DNA of 64,000 nt from Archaeoglobi archaeon JdFR-42 (GTDB lineage: Archaea; Halobacteriota; Archaeoglobi; Archaeoglobales; JdFR-42): positions 69,795 through 133,794 of the forward strand of contig MTND01000018.1 of assembly GCA_002010305.1 (NCBI GenBank). The letters run 5' to 3'. Under the pieces are notes generated by a model. It searched no databases. It was not told the DNA's origin and saw only the letters and a program-made list of their open reading frames with translations. Made by a program: the position numbers and the translations under genes. Positions 28,522 to 41,545 of this stretch are shown one piece after another. Each line of letters opens with the position of its first letter. Position 1 is the first letter of the stretch.

Positions 28522-29793
28522 TTAGTCCCTTGGTACAAGATCTATACACATTCCAGCAGCTATAGTTGTACCCATATCCCTGATGGCGAATCTACCGAGA
28601 TGTGGGATGTCTTTAACCTTTTCAAGCACCATTGGCCTAGTAGGAACCACCTTAACTACTGCAGCATCACCGGTTTTGAGGAACTGGGGGTTCTCTTCTT
28701 TGACCTGTCCGGTCTTGGGGTCCAGTTTCTTCAAAAGTTCCATGAAGGTACACGCCACCTGAGCTGTATGTGCATGAAACACCGGAGTATATCCAACAGT
28801 AATGGCCGTTGGATGCTGAAGGACCACAATCTGAGCGGTAAATTCTTTCACGACAGTTGGTGGTTTTTCTGGATGACCACAAACATCGCCTCTCCGAATG
28901 TCTTTTTTCCCAACGCCTCTCACATTGAAGCCTATATTATCTCCCGGCTCTGCAACCTGAATGGGCTCATGGTGCATCTCAATAGACTTTACTTCTCCGG
29001 ACACTTTTGGTGGTTCAAAGATCACTTTGTCTCCGACTTTCATTCTCCCGGTCTCTACTCTCCCAACTGGTACAGTTCCAATACCCGAAATGGAGTAGAC
29101 ATCTTGGATAGGCACTCTTAACGGTAGGTCTACAGGTTTTTCAGGCTCTTTAAGCTGGTTCAGAGCTTCGAAGAACGTAAAGCCATCATACCAGGGAGTT
29201 CTTTCACTCTTACTCGTTATATTATCTCCATTGTAAGCTGAGGTGGGAATCATTGGTATATCATTAGGCTTGTAACCCACCATCTTAAGAAGGTCAGACA
29301 CCTGTTTCTTCACTTCTTCAAAGCGCTTCTGATCGTAATCCACGGCATCCATTTTGTTAATAGCAACAATCAATTGTCCGATGCCCAGAGTTCTGGATAA
29401 AAATACGTGCTCTTTCGTCTGTGCCATTACCCCATCTGGAGCAGCTACCACAAGAACAGCTGCATCTGCCTGGCTTGCTCCGGTAATCATGTTCTTAACG
29501 AAATCTCTGTGGCCTGGGCAATCCACTATGGTAAAGTAAAACTTGTCTGTTTCGAATTTTCTGTGAGCGACATCGATGGTGATACCCCTTTCTCTCTCTT
29601 CTTTCAGGTGATCCATGACCCATGCAAACTCGAATGTTGCTTTTCCTTTGGCCTCAGCTTCTTTTCTGTACTGTTCGATAATATGTTCTGGAACTTCACC
29701 GGCTTCATACAGAAGCCTGCCTACCAGTGTCGATTTTCCGTGGTCGATGTGACCTATTATTGCCAGGTTGATATGTGGTTTCTGGTCCGACAT
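28522..29793 (-). CDS. tuf: Translation elongation factor aEF-1alpha
   Basis: [24 protein letters not shown] and NKMD GTPase motifs. AGGAGG upstream of ATG 29793. Confidence 0.95.
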   Translation of the reverse strand: MSDQKPHINLAIIGHIDHGKSTLVGRLLYEAGEVPEHIIEQYRKEAEAKGKATFEFAWVMDHLKEERERGITIDVAHRKFETDKFYFTIVDCPGHRDFVKNMITGASQADAAVLVVAAPDGVMAQTKEHVFLSRTLGIGQLIVAINKMDAVDYDQKRFEEVKKQVSDLLKMVGYKPNDIPMIPTSAYNGDNITSKSERTPWYDGFTFFEALNQLKEPEKPVDLPLRVPIQDVYSISGIGTVPVGRVETGRMKVGDKVIFEPPKVSGEVKSIEMHHEPIQVAEPGDNIGFNVRGVGKKDIRRGDVCGHPEKPPTVVKEFTAQIVVLQHPTAITVGYTPVFHAHTAQVACTFMELLKKLDPKTGQVKEENPQFLKTGDAAVVKVVPTRPMVLEKVKDIPHLGRFAIRDMGTTIAAGMCIDLVPRD

Positions 29794-29837
29794 ACTTATC
29801 ATCCTCCTTACGAGATTTTTTTCCTCATATATATTAT

Positions 29838-32024
29838 TTAGCCAACGTAATCAGTTGGTTTGGGTATTTCAAGTTTTAAACCTTTACGCTTTCTAACATC
29901 CATAACGATATCATTCAGCATTGCTTGAGGTATGGGCTCAAATCCAGCATGCTCTGTAGCCCATAAAGCTCTACCTTCTGTGGCTGAGCGGATATCTCCT
30001 GCGAATCCAAACATCTCTGCAACTGGCGCCTTGGCTTTCAATGTTACCATATCACCTTCAACATTCATGTCCAGAACCTGACCCCGTCTACCCTGAATTT
30101 CTCTGGTTACATTACCCATTAACTCTTGTGGAACAGAAATGAATATGAACTGCATTGGTTCGAGAATTGCTGGTTTGGCGGTTAGAATAGCTGCATGAAT
30201 AGCCTGTCTTACAGCAGGAATCACTTGAGCCGGGCCTCTGTGCACAGCATCCTCATGCAACTTCACATCTACCAGCTTCACTTTGACAGCCTGACATGGT
30301 TCTCTTGCCAGGGGACCATTTTTCATGGCCTCTTTGAAGCCTTCCAGAATCAACTCCATGGTTTCCCTGAGGTATTGTACACCTTTAGTTGCATCTATAA
30401 AGAGATTGCCCTGGAATATTTCTGTAACACCTTTGGCCTCTTCTTTATTTAGACCTGCTTCTTCAAATTTCCTTCGCCTTTCTACTTTATCCATCCTCAT
30501 GGATACTTCGCCGGATTTTATAAGCTCTACAACAGATTCTGGCAGTGGTTCTACCTGAATGTAAAACCTGTTGTGTTTGTTAGGCGATTTGCCTTCTATA
30601 ACTTCTGAAATACCCTGAACGGTTTCTCGATATACCACAATCGGAGGTGAAGTTCTAAGCCTGAGACCTTTATCCCTTTCAATCTTTGCAATCACTACTT
30701 CCAGATGGAGCTCTCCCATCCCAGATATTAGATGCTCACCCGTTTCTTCATTGATCTGCACGTTGAGAGTAGGATCTTCTTTAGAGACCTGCCTGAGAAC
30801 CTCTATAAGCTTTGGTAAATCTTTCATATCATCAGCTTCAACTGCTACAGTAACAACAGGTTCGCTGACATGCCGGATTTCCTCAAAAGGCATCATTTTT
30901 TCGAGGGTGGTGGCAGTACATCCCACATAAGCATCCTTCAGTCCAACTACGGCAGCTATATTGCCTGCTGGAATCTCTTCTACTTCAATCCTGTCTGGAC
31001 CCATGAACACTCCTACTTGCTGGACTCTATTCTTTGCATAAGTGCCACTGATGTATAGCTCTGTCCCTCTCTTTAACATACCTGAGAACAATCTCCCGGT
31101 GGCAACTTCACCCGCGTGGGGATCTATACTAATATCCGTTATCATAAAAGCCACTGGCCCGTTTGGATTGCAGTTAAGCATTGCCATTCCAATTTCAGAT
31201 TCTTTATCTCCCTTCCATATTACTCCAATTCTCTCCTTCTGTGCTTCAGTAGGGCTTGGTAAGTGCCTAACAACCATATCCAAAACGACTTTAAACAGAG
31301 GGGTTTTCCTTGCCAATTCTTCCATATTCCCTGCCTTACAGAGGTCAAACACTTCGTTAAATCCAACACCGGTTTTTTTCATGGCCGGAACTGATATAGC
31401 CCATTTGTAAAGGGCAGAACCAAATGCAACAGTTCCGTTAGATGCATCAAGTTTCCATTCCTGGTACTTTTCCGGCCTCATGGATTTTATGTATTTGTTA
31501 ACCTGATTGATTACCTTGGCCAACCTCATTTGCATTTCCTGTTTATCAACTTCGAGTTCATTGATCAGCCTATCAACTTTGTTAACGAAAAGCACTGGTT
31601 TCACATTCTCTCTTAAAGCCTGCCTCAGAACAGTTTCAGTCTGAGGCATAACACCTTCAACTGCATCAACAACTACCACTGCACCATCTACAGCCCTCAT
31701 GGCTCTTGTCACATCTCCTCCGAAATCAACATGGCCGGGGGTATCAATCAAGTTTATAAGATAATCCTCTCCATCAAACTCATGAACCATGGAAACGTTA
31801 GCTGCATTGATGGTTATGCCCCTAGCCTGTTCCATCTCATCAAAATCCAAGAACAGTTGCCTTCCAGCTAACTCCTCTGATATCATCCCTGCTCCGGCAA
31901 GAAGATTATCGGAGAGGGTGGTTTTTCCGTGATCTATGTGGGCTACTATTCCAATGTTACGTATCTTGTCCGGATAGTTCATCAAATGTTTTACCCGTTC
32001 AACCATTTTCTTGCGTCTTCCCAT
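29838..32024 (-). CDS. fusA: Translation elongation factor aEF-2
   Basis: [27 protein letters not shown] and NKVDR. 728 aa. Confidence 0.95.
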   Translation of the reverse strand: MGRRKKMVERVKHLMNYPDKIRNIGIVAHIDHGKTTLSDNLLAGAGMISEELAGRQLFLDFDEMEQARGITINAANVSMVHEFDGEDYLINLIDTPGHVDFGGDVTRAMRAVDGAVVVVDAVEGVMPQTETVLRQALRENVKPVLFVNKVDRLINELEVDKQEMQMRLAKVINQVNKYIKSMRPEKYQEWKLDASNGTVAFGSALYKWAISVPAMKKTGVGFNEVFDLCKAGNMEELARKTPLFKVVLDMVVRHLPSPTEAQKERIGVIWKGDKESEIGMAMLNCNPNGPVAFMITDISIDPHAGEVATGRLFSGMLKRGTELYISGTYAKNRVQQVGVFMGPDRIEVEEIPAGNIAAVVGLKDAYVGCTATTLEKMMPFEEIRHVSEPVVTVAVEADDMKDLPKLIEVLRQVSKEDPTLNVQINEETGEHLISGMGELHLEVVIAKIERDKGLRLRTSPPIVVYRETVQGISEVIEGKSPNKHNRFYIQVEPLPESVVELIKSGEVSMRMDKVERRRKFEEAGLNKEEAKGVTEIFQGNLFIDATKGVQYLRETMELILEGFKEAMKNGPLAREPCQAVKVKLVDVKLHEDAVHRGPAQVIPAVRQAIHAAILTAKPAILEPMQFIFISVPQELMGNVTREIQGRRGQVLDMNVEGDMVTLKAKAPVAEMFGFAGDIRSATEGRALWATEHAGFEPIPQAMLNDIVMDVRKRKGLKLEIPKPTDYVG

Positions 32025-32073
32025 ACTCCATTACCTCTGTATTATTTCTTCACCTGGTTTATCTGGCTATCAT

Positions 32074-32688
32074 TTATCGGGCAGCCTTGGCAACCCTTTC
32101 TTTCTCTTCTTTTCTCGATATGGCAAAACTCTTATTATCGTTATTTGCTGCAGCAATGATTTCTTCAGCCAGACATGCTTCAATAGACTTCTTTGACTTA
32201 AAGGCCGCTCTTCTTGCACCCTCAGCAATGTTCATGAGGGCCTGATCCACTCTTCGCTGGGTAGATGTGTCTACCGCTTTTGGAACGGCAATACCACCGT
32301 ATTTGAGCCTTACAATTTCTTCCCTCTGGCCTGCATTCTCAATAGCTTTTATCAAAACTTGAAGGGGATTTTTCTTTGTCTTCTTATGAATGATTTCAAA
32401 AGCTTCCCTTACTATGCTATAGGCTTTCTGCTTTTTTCCGGTATTATGCTCCTTCCGCATCACTTTATTGATCAATCTCTCCACAATAAAAACTTCTTTT
32501 TTGGCAAAAGGAACATTAGCATGTCTCCCACAATTATGGTAAACATATCTTGGAGTAAGATTTATATAATCTGCCATTGCAGCATCTTCAACTACTACTT
32601 CTGTAGGGTCCCATTTTCCGAAAACGAGAACATCTTCTTTCGTAAGACTGTATTTACCCATTTCTTCAGTACTTTCCACAACTTTCAC
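32074..32688 (-). CDS. rps7: 30S ribosomal protein S7 (uS7)
   Basis: Position in the str operon. [16 protein letters not shown]...[10 protein letters not shown]...RRVDQAL. Confidence 0.9.
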   Translation of the reverse strand: MKVVESTEEMGKYSLTKEDVLVFGKWDPTEVVVEDAAMADYINLTPRYVYHNCGRHANVPFAKKEVFIVERLINKVMRKEHNTGKKQKAYSIVREAFEIIHKKTKKNPLQVLIKAIENAGQREEIVRLKYGGIAVPKAVDTSTQRRVDQALMNIAEGARRAAFKSKKSIEACLAEEIIAAANNDNKSFAISRKEEKERVAKAAR

Positions 32689-33113
32689 CTCACTGGTTTG
32701 TCCTTACGTCCTCTGACCAACTCTTCAAGGGATACATTGTTTACCTTGATAACTTGGAACCTCACTCCAGGAATATCTCCCTTAGATTTACCCATAGCAC
32801 CCCCAATCCTTTCGATTACAACCTCGTCATGCTCATCAATGAAATTTATGGCTCCATCTCCAGGACAGAAAGCAGATACCTGCCTTCCATTCTTTATTAG
32901 TTGAACTCTGACACATTTTCGGATAGCAGAATTGGGTTGTTTCGCTTCTACCCCAACTTTTTCTAGAACTATACCCCTTGCCTGAGGTGCACCTTCGAGG
33001 GGGTCAGCCTTTATATTGAGTCTCAATACTCTTCTCGCATATTTCTTGTCCTTCCATCTGAATTTCTTTCTGTCATTTTCCAGTTTTCTTGCCGCAAATA
33101 ATCCTCTTGCCAT
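32685..33113 (-). CDS. rps12: 30S ribosomal protein S12 (uS12)
   Basis: [36 protein letters not shown]. Confidence 0.95.
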   Translation of the reverse strand: MARGLFAARKLENDRKKFRWKDKKYARRVLRLNIKADPLEGAPQARGIVLEKVGVEAKQPNSAIRKCVRVQLIKNGRQVSAFCPGDGAINFIDEHDEVVIERIGGAMGKSKGDIPGVRFQVIKVNNVSLEELVRGRKDKPVR

Positions 33114-33119
33114 GAATCA

Positions 33120-33545
33120 TCACCTGATAACTACATCATCAACATCGTGATGTCTGCTCACAAGCACTTTTGCCTTATTTATATTTTTTCCATCTTTTCC
33201 TATAGCGAGTCCCTTATCCTTGAAATCCACGTTAACAATCGCCACTTTTTTACCATTTCTCTCGGTCATGGATACCTTTACCTTGATCGGTTTAAATATA
33301 TTCTCCAGGAACTCAACCACATCATCAGAATGCTCTACTATTTCAATCTTTTTGCCCAGCAATTTCTTAACCCTGTTTATATTCGAGCCACCCCGTCCTA
33401 TTGCGAGTCCCATTTCACCTTTTTTAACCACAAAAATAATCTTGTCATTATCTTCATCAACCACACAATCTTTCACTGAAGCGCCGGTTATAGACTCAAA
33501 TATTGTAAGATATCTGATACCTTCTGTAGACAGCCTGATACCCAT
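33120..33545 (-). CDS. nusA: Archaeal NusA-like transcription termination factor (two KH domains)
   Basis: Two GxxG KH motifs (IGRGGSNINR and IGKDGKNINK). Conserved position between rpl30e and rps12. Confidence 0.85.
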   Translation of the reverse strand: MGIRLSTEGIRYLTIFESITGASVKDCVVDEDNDKIIFVVKKGEMGLAIGRGGSNINRVKKLLGKKIEIVEHSDDVVEFLENIFKPIKVKVSMTERNGKKVAIVNVDFKDKGLAIGKDGKNINKAKVLVSRHHDVDDVVIR

Positions 33546-33554
33546 TAAACCCCC

Positions 33555-33842
33555 TCACTGGATTTGGAGAATTTCTGAATCTCCTGGATCTACTACTGCG
33601 AGGGTTAATACAGAAAAAGGTTTTCCACATGCAGCACCTAGATCAATGTTGGTTCCTTCATACCGATACACCGGAACATCAGAGTTCTCTATCTGTTCTA
33701 GAATATTTCTAGGACAGTTTGAGGCAACAATCACCATTTTGGCCTCTTTACCCCTTAAAGCTTTTAAAGTTTTTTTCGACCCAAGGTATACTTTTCCGTT
33801 CTTAATGGCTTTTCTAATCGCTCTATCTATATCCACACTCAT
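33555..33842 (-). CDS. rpl30e: 50S ribosomal protein L30e (eL30)
   Basis: [33 protein letters not shown]. Confidence 0.9.
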   Translation of the reverse strand: MSVDIDRAIRKAIKNGKVYLGSKKTLKALRGKEAKMVIVASNCPRNILEQIENSDVPVYRYEGTNIDLGAACGKPFSVLTLAVVDPGDSEILQIQ

Positions 33843-34984
33843 TTACTTCTACCTCCCAGTTTCGAGATAAGTTCTACATCACCAGTTCCCAGCTTAATAG
33901 CCTGACCTACAATCACGTTTTCAGTAACTCCAGAAAGGTTATCTGTATCACCCCTGATTGCAGCTTCAAGGAGATGGTTCACCGTAACTTCAAAGGCAGC
34001 CCTCGATAACACGCTAACCTTTTCTCCTGCCACTCCATGTCGCCCTACTTGCTTCACTTCACCATCGTTAGTCATCATATCGGCTACAAGCATAATGTGT
34101 CTGACGTCTACATTTAAACCTTGCTCCTCTAGAGTGTCCAGAGCCTCCTTTATTATTGCATTTCTGGCAGCCTCTATGCCAAGAACTTCGGCTATTTCCA
34201 GAATGTTGTTTGTCGTCGTTCGTCTGTAATCCACACCTTTTACACGCATAACTTTTTTCAGATTTGATCCTTCAGTATAGAGAACATATTCCCCTTCCTC
34301 TTTCCGTATTATGACCCGACGGATCTCTTTTATCCCCTTTATCACAATATCCTTCATCTTTTCCACAGTCTGAAGGAGTTTCCTGTAAGATGGTTCTTTG
34401 GGCGAGAGGTATAACTTGCCATCTTTTTCTTCCACATCAACTTTCAGACTTTTACTCAGTTTTTTCACCAGCTCATCTTTATCCACCTGTTTTCGTTCCA
34501 TCACTTTCTCATCGAGGAAGAGAATGATTTTCATTCCGGTAATATCCACAGATATGTCAGCCAGATCTGTGATGTATGTGGCCTCTATTCTGTTGGCCAC
34601 TTCTCTTGCAAGTTTTCTGTCATTTGAGTAATCGTCCTGAAGGCGTATGGTCATTATCGGAGTGCTCGGGGTTTTCCTCACATCCATGATCTCAATAAGT
34701 CTCGGTAAACCAAGAGTGACGTTGATCTCTGCCACACCTGCATAATGAAAGGTCCTCATGGTCATTTGAGTTCCTGGCTCACCTATTGACTGAGCAGCAA
34801 TAATCCCGGCAGCTTCTCCAGGTTCCATCAGATTGCTAAGATACTCCTCATAGCATCTATCAATTATTTTTTTAAGGGACTTTTTATTGAGATCGAGTTT
34901 TGCCAGTTCTTCTCGTATATCTCTTCTGACGCTTTCAGGGAAAGGGTATTTTTTTAATTCTTTTTCAATTTCTTTGATATCCAT
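33839..34984 (-). CDS. rpoA2: DNA-directed RNA polymerase subunit A''
   Basis: [32 protein letters not shown] 34984 lies 4 nt after the rpoA1 stop. An alternative GTG at 34999 would overlap rpoA1. Confidence 0.9.
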   Translation of the reverse strand: MDIKEIEKELKKYPFPESVRRDIREELAKLDLNKKSLKKIIDRCYEEYLSNLMEPGEAAGIIAAQSIGEPGTQMTMRTFHYAGVAEINVTLGLPRLIEIMDVRKTPSTPIMTIRLQDDYSNDRKLAREVANRIEATYITDLADISVDITGMKIILFLDEKVMERKQVDKDELVKKLSKSLKVDVEEKDGKLYLSPKEPSYRKLLQTVEKMKDIVIKGIKEIRRVIIRKEEGEYVLYTEGSNLKKVMRVKGVDYRRTTTNNILEIAEVLGIEAARNAIIKEALDTLEEQGLNVDVRHIMLVADMMTNDGEVKQVGRHGVAGEKVSVLSRAAFEVTVNHLLEAAIRGDTDNLSGVTENVIVGQAIKLGTGDVELISKLGGRSK

Positions 34985-34988
34985 ACCA

Positions 34989-37601
34989 CTAACCCCCACT
35001 TAACACTTCCTCTACAATCCGCTTCACATCAATGGCCTTGCCTCGATAACTTTTACTTGGGTCTACACCATCATCTCCGTATCTGAACTGGACCACTGCT
35101 CCTTTGGTGTCCCTAACCGTTCCGTCATACTCTATCTTAAGGTCTTGGAGAGCGTTGATCAATCGCCTTTGCAAATACCCTGACTGAGATGTCCTAACAG
35201 CAGTATCAACCAGACCTTCTCTCCCTCCGACTGCATGGAAAAAGAACTCCAGGGGATTAAGTCCCTTCTTATAGCTAGACCTGACAAAACCACGAGCCTC
35301 TGCTCCAAGCTCTCCTCGCTTGAAATGTGTCAGACTCCTGCCTGAATAACCTCTCTTGATCCTTTCACCTCGAACAGACTGCTGACCCACACACCCCGCC
35401 ATTTGAGTGAGGTTCAGCATGGAGCCTCTCGCTCCAGATATGGCCATTATTACTGCTGAATTATTCAACCCAAGATAATTTCCGGCGATCTTTCCGGCTC
35501 GATCCCTTGCCCTGCCAAGACTTTGCATTATTCTCAGTTCAAGGGTCTCTTCAATAGTTCTTCCAGGCAGTGGATCGAGTTCACCCTTCTTGAAGGCCAT
35601 CACAAGATTTGCTACTTCATTCTTAGCTTCTTCCATCACTTCATCTATCTGCCTGACTGCTTCCGGCGGAATGTCTTCATCATCTATACCAAAACTGAAT
35701 CCCATGTGCATTATAGCCCTGATAGCCAGCCGGGTTGTGTTGTCCAGAAATTCTTTAGCTGCTGCTGTTCCATATTGCCTGACGATCTGATCTATCACCA
35801 AACCTTTGAAGGCTCCAATTGCCTTCTCATCCACAGTTCCATGCTCCAGAACTCCATTTTTAATGACCACATAGGCGTCTATATCACACTCAGTTTCTTT
35901 GCACACATCACAATTACGGCATATCTCCGCCTTAAATGTCATATTCAGGCCTTCTGGTAAAATCAGACTAAAAATCTGTTTTCCAGTCCAGTATTTCACA
36001 CCATCTATTTCATAAGCAGGTTTTGGAAGCTTCTTGACATCAAGTGGTTTTATTATCTCCATAACCTCTTCTTTTGTAAACCTGTTATCTCCTTTGGTCA
36101 GAAGATACAAGCCTGAGATATGATCATGGATACCCCCAATAATTGGACCACCAAATCGTGGTGACAGAATATGTTCCTGAACACTCATTAGAATTTTAGC
36201 CTCTGCCTGGGCTTCAAGAGACTGTGGTACGTGTAGATTCATTTCATCTCCATCAAAATCAGCGTTGTAGGGAGGGCACACCGCAGGATTGAGCCTGAAA
36301 GTTTTATAAGGTAAAACTCTGACTTCATGGGCCATGATACTCATCCTGTGAAGAGATGGCTGTCTGTTAAAGAGTACGACATCCCCGTCCATGAGCTGTC
36401 TTTCCACTACCCATCCTGGTTCAAGTTTCTCTGTAACTTCCTCAGCATTATTTTCTGTTACTTTCACTCTCCGTCCATCCGGCCGGATAACGTAGTTGGC
36501 CTTTGGATGTTCTGTCCTGAGAATGAATTTTCGCGCCTCTTCAAGATTGTACCTGCTTACATACATGGGTACTGTAAGCTCTTCTGCAATGGCTTTGGGC
36601 ACACCTACTTCTCCAATACTCAAATTCGGATCTGGGGATATAACCGTTCTTGCAGAAAAATTAACCCTTTTACCTGACAGGCTTCCCCTGAACCTTCCTT
36701 CTTTACCTTTGAGTCTTTGTGAGAGTGTTTTTAAAGGTCTGCCACTTCTGTGTCTGGCTGGTGGAACTCCTGAGACCTCATTATCCAAATAGGTAGTCAC
36801 ATGATACTGCAACAACTCCCACAGATCCTCAATAATCAACTGAGGGGCTCCCGCTTCTTTGTTCTCCTGGAATCTCTGATTAATCCTTATTATATCCACT
36901 AGCTTATGGGTTAAATCATCTTCACTTCTCTGACCGCTTTCGAGAGTTATTGAAGGACGAGTGTTGACAGGAGGGACTGGCAATACAGTAAGGACCATCC
37001 ATTCCGGACGGGCACTCGCTGGATCCATACCAAAAGCTTTTAGATCCTCATCTGGGATCTTCTCAAGCCTTTCTCTTATATCTATTGGAGTGAGGCGATG
37101 CTCATTCTCATAGTAAAAAGTGGGTTTTTCAAATTTGATGTCTACACGTTGCTCCCCACAGTGAGGGCACTCTTTTGTCTTGGAGCTAATAGCAAATACC
37201 TCTTTTACAAGGTCTTCAATATCTCCTCCAGTCTCTCTTCTCCGCTCTATCTCTTCAACAATCTCGTCCCGTTTTTTATCAGGAAGCAGAATTCTGCCAC
37301 AATTTCTACAGGTAGCATTCAGCAACTTCCCGATTAACTTGGCGTAACCTACATGGATTACAGGAGCGACTAGCTCCACATGACCAAAATGTCCTGGACA
37401 TTCACCAATTTTCCCACCACAGGTTTTACATCTCAGACCAGGATCAATAACCCCCAGCCTCTGATCCATCAACCCCATGTCTATAGGATACCCGTCATCA
37501 TCATAGGTATCAGGAGTAATGATCTTGGCTACACTCATCTTCCTGATTTCTCTGGGGCTTAACAGTTCAAACTTAATACTTCTGATTCGTTTTGGTGCCA
37601 T
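34989..37601 (-). CDS. rpoA1: DNA-directed RNA polymerase subunit A'
   Basis: Zn-binding CKTCGG...CPGHFGH and catalytic [13 protein letters not shown] 37601 is preceded by GGGTGG and follows the rpoB1 stop (the track ORF extends to 37634). Confidence 0.95.
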   Translation of the reverse strand: MAPKRIRSIKFELLSPREIRKMSVAKIITPDTYDDDGYPIDMGLMDQRLGVIDPGLRCKTCGGKIGECPGHFGHVELVAPVIHVGYAKLIGKLLNATCRNCGRILLPDKKRDEIVEEIERRRETGGDIEDLVKEVFAISSKTKECPHCGEQRVDIKFEKPTFYYENEHRLTPIDIRERLEKIPDEDLKAFGMDPASARPEWMVLTVLPVPPVNTRPSITLESGQRSEDDLTHKLVDIIRINQRFQENKEAGAPQLIIEDLWELLQYHVTTYLDNEVSGVPPARHRSGRPLKTLSQRLKGKEGRFRGSLSGKRVNFSARTVISPDPNLSIGEVGVPKAIAEELTVPMYVSRYNLEEARKFILRTEHPKANYVIRPDGRRVKVTENNAEEVTEKLEPGWVVERQLMDGDVVLFNRQPSLHRMSIMAHEVRVLPYKTFRLNPAVCPPYNADFDGDEMNLHVPQSLEAQAEAKILMSVQEHILSPRFGGPIIGGIHDHISGLYLLTKGDNRFTKEEVMEIIKPLDVKKLPKPAYEIDGVKYWTGKQIFSLILPEGLNMTFKAEICRNCDVCKETECDIDAYVVIKNGVLEHGTVDEKAIGAFKGLVIDQIVRQYGTAAAKEFLDNTTRLAIRAIMHMGFSFGIDDEDIPPEAVRQIDEVMEEAKNEVANLVMAFKKGELDPLPGRTIEETLELRIMQSLGRARDRAGKIAGNYLGLNNSAVIMAISGARGSMLNLTQMAGCVGQQSVRGERIKRGYSGRSLTHFKRGELGAEARGFVRSSYKKGLNPLEFFFHAVGGREGLVDTAVRTSQSGYLQRRLINALQDLKIEYDGTVRDTKGAVVQFRYGDDGVDPSKSYRGKAIDVKRIVEEVLSGG

Positions 37602-37611
37602 TTTAACCACC

Positions 37612-39474
37612 CTATACCCTGTCCTCGAGTACAAGTCTCGGAGCTATACCCATAGATTTCATCTCGTCAAGAAGGAGCTTAAAAGCATAGCTCATTTCCA
37701 CTGGATAAATGTCTGAATCGTCGTCACATGTCGTGCAGTATGCTGTTTTCCTTTTATTGTCATAGAGTGCCACCATTCCACATCGACTACAGACATAAAC
37801 CTCTACCTTATCCGACTCATCCAGCAACCGGTCTTTTAATGCCAGTGCTGCACCATGACCTATAAGTACATCTCTCTCCATTTCTCCAAACCTGAGACCG
37901 CCTTCTCTCGCCCTACCCTCAGTGGGCTGTCTTGTTAGAACCTGTATGGGACCTCTTGATCGTGCATGAATCTTTGAAGCCACCATGTGGTAAAGTTTCT
38001 GATAATAAATAACTCCAACAAAGATGTCCACCTTGAACTTCCGACCAGTAATACCATCGTACATTACCTCTTTACCTGTGTGGGAGAAACCGTACTTCAA
38101 AAGAGCCTGCCTGAGGTCCTCTTCAACTTCTCCCTGAAAAGCAGTTCCATCTATTCTCCTACCCTCCAAGGAGCCAACCTTGCCACCGATCATTTCAAGA
38201 ACATGACCTACAGTCATTCTGGAGGGTATGGCATGTGGATTGACGATCATATCAGGAACGATACCACTTTCTGTAAAGGGCATATCCTCATGGGGGATTA
38301 TAATCCCTATCACCCCTTTCTGACCATGTCTCGAGGCAAATTTATCTCCAAGCTCTGGTATTCTGAGGTCCCTCACCCGAATTTTAGCTAATTTTGACCC
38401 TCCTTCCGATTCCGTCAGAACCACCATGTCTACAATCCCCTTCTCATTGGAACGCATGTTAACTGAAGTTTCTCTCCTTTTCTGAGGAGTAAGCCCAAAT
38501 TCAGTGGGTTCTTCAAGGAATCTAGGTGGACTGGTTTTTCCTATCAGCACATCGTTGGGGCCAACGTTTGTTTCAGGATGTACCAGCCCATCCTCATCTA
38601 GTCTCGCATAGGCTTCTGCCCCCCTAGCCCCCATGATCTCCCCCCCGGGTATCTCGAATTTGTCTTCCTGTCCTCCTGGATACTTCCTTTCTTCCCCTTC
38701 ATAGGTCCGGAAGAAATGACTTCTTCCCAGGCCCCTATCAATGCTCCCTTTATTTATGATTAGGGCGTCCTCGATGTTGTATCCTTCAAAGGAGAGCACA
38801 GCCACCACGAAGTTCTGACCTGCAGGTCTTTTATCAAATAGAATGGCATCCATGGTGGATGTCTTAACAAGGGGGATTTGGGGATAATGAAGAACATGAC
38901 TTCTTGTGTCCAGTCTGTATCTGAGATTGGAACACGGAAATCCAATAGATTGTTTTATCATCCCTGCGCCCATGGTGTTCCTCGGGCTTGCATTGTGCTC
39001 TGGATACGGGATTGAACCGGTACATATCCCCACAATGAGAGAGGGGTCTATTTCCAGATGGGTATGTTCCTGGGTTAAACTCTCCTCATCTATGGCGATG
39101 AGAGTATTCTCTTCTTCCTCAGCATCTATATACTCGATCACCCCTTCATTGACAAGATCATCGAAAGTTATTTCTCCATTTTTAAGCATTTCCACATGGT
39201 TTTCAGTCAGGAGGGGGGTACCATCTTCCACAACTATTAGAGGGCGCCTCACTCTTCCACGATCTGTATTTATCCTGACTTCATTGGTATCTTCGTAGAA
39301 AACCACATTTATCTGATGAGAGATCTTTCCTCGTCTCCTTAACTCTCGAATATTCTTTGTCAGCTCCTCCCCATTTCTATGGAATCCTACCAAAGCCCCA
39401 TTAACGTACACTTTACAGCTTACGGGTAAAGCTTCAAGGGTTAACTCTTCACCGGCCAATGAATTACTTTTCAT
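37612..39474 (-). CDS. rpoB1: DNA-directed RNA polymerase subunit B' (C-terminal part of split RpoB)
   Basis: [39 protein letters not shown] and C-terminal Zn CSRCG...CTTC. Confidence 0.95.
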   Translation of the reverse strand: MKSNSLAGEELTLEALPVSCKVYVNGALVGFHRNGEELTKNIRELRRRGKISHQINVVFYEDTNEVRINTDRGRVRRPLIVVEDGTPLLTENHVEMLKNGEITFDDLVNEGVIEYIDAEEEENTLIAIDEESLTQEHTHLEIDPSLIVGICTGSIPYPEHNASPRNTMGAGMIKQSIGFPCSNLRYRLDTRSHVLHYPQIPLVKTSTMDAILFDKRPAGQNFVVAVLSFEGYNIEDALIINKGSIDRGLGRSHFFRTYEGEERKYPGGQEDKFEIPGGEIMGARGAEAYARLDEDGLVHPETNVGPNDVLIGKTSPPRFLEEPTEFGLTPQKRRETSVNMRSNEKGIVDMVVLTESEGGSKLAKIRVRDLRIPELGDKFASRHGQKGVIGIIIPHEDMPFTESGIVPDMIVNPHAIPSRMTVGHVLEMIGGKVGSLEGRRIDGTAFQGEVEEDLRQALLKYGFSHTGKEVMYDGITGRKFKVDIFVGVIYYQKLYHMVASKIHARSRGPIQVLTRQPTEGRAREGGLRFGEMERDVLIGHGAALALKDRLLDESDKVEVYVCSRCGMVALYDNKRKTAYCTTCDDDSDIYPVEMSYAFKLLLDEMKSMGIAPRLVLEDRV

Positions 39475-40952
39475 CAGAACTCCCTCCTTATCGGCTCAAC
39501 TCCCAGATCGAATAGTATATGTCTTACAATATCCTCATCCACTCCTGTCGATACTTCTGCCATTTGAGCAAAATTCTTAACCAGACCACAGTTAGGACCT
39601 TCCGGGGTTTCAGACGGGCAAATTCTTCCCCATTGTGTAGGATGTAGATCTCTTGCTTCAAAATGTGGCTGAGACCTAGACAGAGGGGAGATTACTCTTC
39701 TGAGATGAGATAACACAGAGACATAATTCGTTCTATCTAGGAGCTGGGAAACACCAGTTCTGCCACCCACCCAGTTCCCTGTCGCCATGGGATGCATTAT
39801 TCTTTCAGTCAGTACATCAGCTCTGACGGCCGTTGCAAGAGTTAAATCACGATTCCTTACCTTAGCCCTTTCAAGCTGGTACTTGATATCTTTAGCCAGT
39901 CTGATGAAAGAGACTCTGAAAAGGTCTTCCATCAGATCTCCTGCCAGTTTTAGTCTTTTATTGGCATAATGATCTTTGTCATCTTCTCCTCTTCTACCAA
40001 GGGCCAGTTCAAACACTGCTTCAGCCATTCTTCCTAGGAAAAAAGCTTTAGCACGTCTGTCTTCTTCTTCTGTCCCCAGATGTGGGAGCAAATAATTGTC
40101 AATTACGTAATTGGCCCTTGTTATACGATACTCTCTTGCCTGTCCCGGAGCCACTTTCTTTCCGATCAGCTCAATGGCCTCTTCCTGAGTTTCAACCTCT
40201 GCCATCTCCAAGTTTTCAAGCATGTATTTCAGTATTTCAGGATCGTTGGAAACCATTCCTACTATTTCCTGGTCGCTTTCCACCCCAAGAGCTCTCATCA
40301 ATGTTACAAAGCTTAACCTCTTGGGTATATATGGGAACGATACTTCAAGAAGAGAATCTTTCCCTCTTTCAACAATAACCAGAGCCCGATACCCAAATTT
40401 CTGAGAGAAGACTTTGGCCACTTCGATCCTATCACCATATCGCTCTTCAAACTCAAGGAAAATCTTGTTTGGTGCCAGATCCTCAAGGCTCATCAAAACC
40501 CGCTCACTGCCATTAACTATGAAATATCCTCCCGGATCAAGGGGGTCTTCTCCATATTTGCTCACATCATCAACAGTGTTAAGATTACATCTGGATGACC
40601 GCACCATTATAGGAAGCATACCAATACGTACGGTCTCTTCTTCTTTTTCTTCTCCCTGATCCACCACTGTCCCTGTGAGATACAGAGGGGCAGCATATGT
40701 CAGATTTCTGATTCTGGCCACATGAGGGAAAAGAGTTATCTCAGATCCATCAGCTTCTTTAACTATTGGAGTTCCAACTGATATCTTGCCCAGTTTAACA
40801 TATGTATCAGGTATATCTGTCTCAATTTTTTCCTGCTCATCAATCACACTCTGAAGACCTTTCTCAATGAAGTAGTTGAAGGAATCGAGCTGATGTTTTA
40901 CCAATCGTTCGTGAGTAAAATACGATTTTGCAAGAGCTGCCCTATCCAGCAT
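39474..40952 (-). CDS. rpoB2: DNA-directed RNA polymerase subunit B'' (N-terminal part of split RpoB)
   Basis: [13 protein letters not shown] and [14 protein letters not shown] 40952 with GGTGGTG upstream, after the rpoH stop. 1-nt overlap with rpoB1. Confidence 0.95.
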   Translation of the reverse strand: MLDRAALAKSYFTHERLVKHQLDSFNYFIEKGLQSVIDEQEKIETDIPDTYVKLGKISVGTPIVKEADGSEITLFPHVARIRNLTYAAPLYLTGTVVDQGEEKEEETVRIGMLPIMVRSSRCNLNTVDDVSKYGEDPLDPGGYFIVNGSERVLMSLEDLAPNKIFLEFEERYGDRIEVAKVFSQKFGYRALVIVERGKDSLLEVSFPYIPKRLSFVTLMRALGVESDQEIVGMVSNDPEILKYMLENLEMAEVETQEEAIELIGKKVAPGQAREYRITRANYVIDNYLLPHLGTEEEDRRAKAFFLGRMAEAVFELALGRRGEDDKDHYANKRLKLAGDLMEDLFRVSFIRLAKDIKYQLERAKVRNRDLTLATAVRADVLTERIMHPMATGNWVGGRTGVSQLLDRTNYVSVLSHLRRVISPLSRSQPHFEARDLHPTQWGRICPSETPEGPNCGLVKNFAQMAEVSTGVDEDIVRHILFDLGVEPIRREF

Positions 40953-40962
40953 ACGACACCAC

Positions 40963-41196
40963 CTACTCCACAACCACCCTATACACCACAGCCTCTTTCG
41001 CAGTGAGACTGTTTCGCGTTATTTTAATCACATCACCAACTTTTGCACCAATCTCTTTAGCAATTGGGTCCTCTTTACGTATTTTTGGAAGCTGGTGCTT
41101 TTTAATGTTCAGAACGGTTAACACTTTCTCAGCTTCTTCCTTCGAGAGAATCTCATGTTTCGGAACAAGTATATGCTCCTGTAATTTAATCTTCAT
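40963..41196 (-). CDS. rpoH: DNA-directed RNA polymerase subunit H (Rpb5 homolog)
   Basis: HILVPKHEILSKEEAEKVL...LPKIRKEDPIAK. 77 aa. AGGAGG 8 nt upstream of the ATG. Confidence 0.9.
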   Translation of the reverse strand: MKIKLQEHILVPKHEILSKEEAEKVLTVLNIKKHQLPKIRKEDPIAKEIGAKVGDVIKITRNSLTAKEAVVYRVVVE

Positions 41197-41285
41197 TTTT
41201 TTACCTCCTGGCCGAGCTTTCCGGCCTCCTTATATACCCATCCACCATATAATCCATCTATAGCCTCTGTAAAAGGGAAAAATAG

Positions 41286-41359
41286 CGGGCTCGAAGGGAT
41301 TTGAACCCTTGACCACCTGGTTAAAAGCCAGGTGCTCTGCCTGACTGAGCTACGAGCCC
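41286..41359 (-). tRNA. tRNA-Lys (anticodon TTT)
   Basis: Hand-folded from the reverse complement GGGCTCG-TA-GCTC-AGTCAGGC-AGAGC-A-CCTGG-CTTTTAA-CCAGG-TGGTC-AAGGG-TTCAAAT-CCCTT-CGAGCCC-G. Confidence 0.9.
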
Positions 41360-41545
41360 ATAAACCAGTCTGTTTTGCAAACGCCAATTCTTCAAACATA
41401 ATGTGCCTCAAATCTTCTATCTCCAACCCCATTTCATCCGATGGAACGTAAGGATGAGTACCTTCACTAATGAAATTTAAATTTTTCCATCACTCCTACC
41501 CAGTCCATGGCAATAGTTCTTAAACTTTTTGGCCATCCCATCTAC

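Noticed and set aside
28498-29121. 207-aa plus-strand ORF, together with other long antisense ORFs such as 33220..33870, 53624..54325, 8961..9530, 4291..4827 and 35523..35960.
   Set aside because: Each lies entirely antisense to a gene with strong conserved motifs (EF-1alpha, nusA/rpl30e, nadK/IMPase, the pilin operon, taw3, rpoA1). Their translations are low-complexity with no motifs. They are treated as shadow ORFs.
41193-41432. 79-aa minus-strand ORF, and the 60-aa ORF at 13188..13370.
   Set aside because: Both are read through tRNA genes (tRNA-Lys at 41286-41359 and tRNA-Arg at 13285-13356). The tRNA cloverleaves explain the sequence better.
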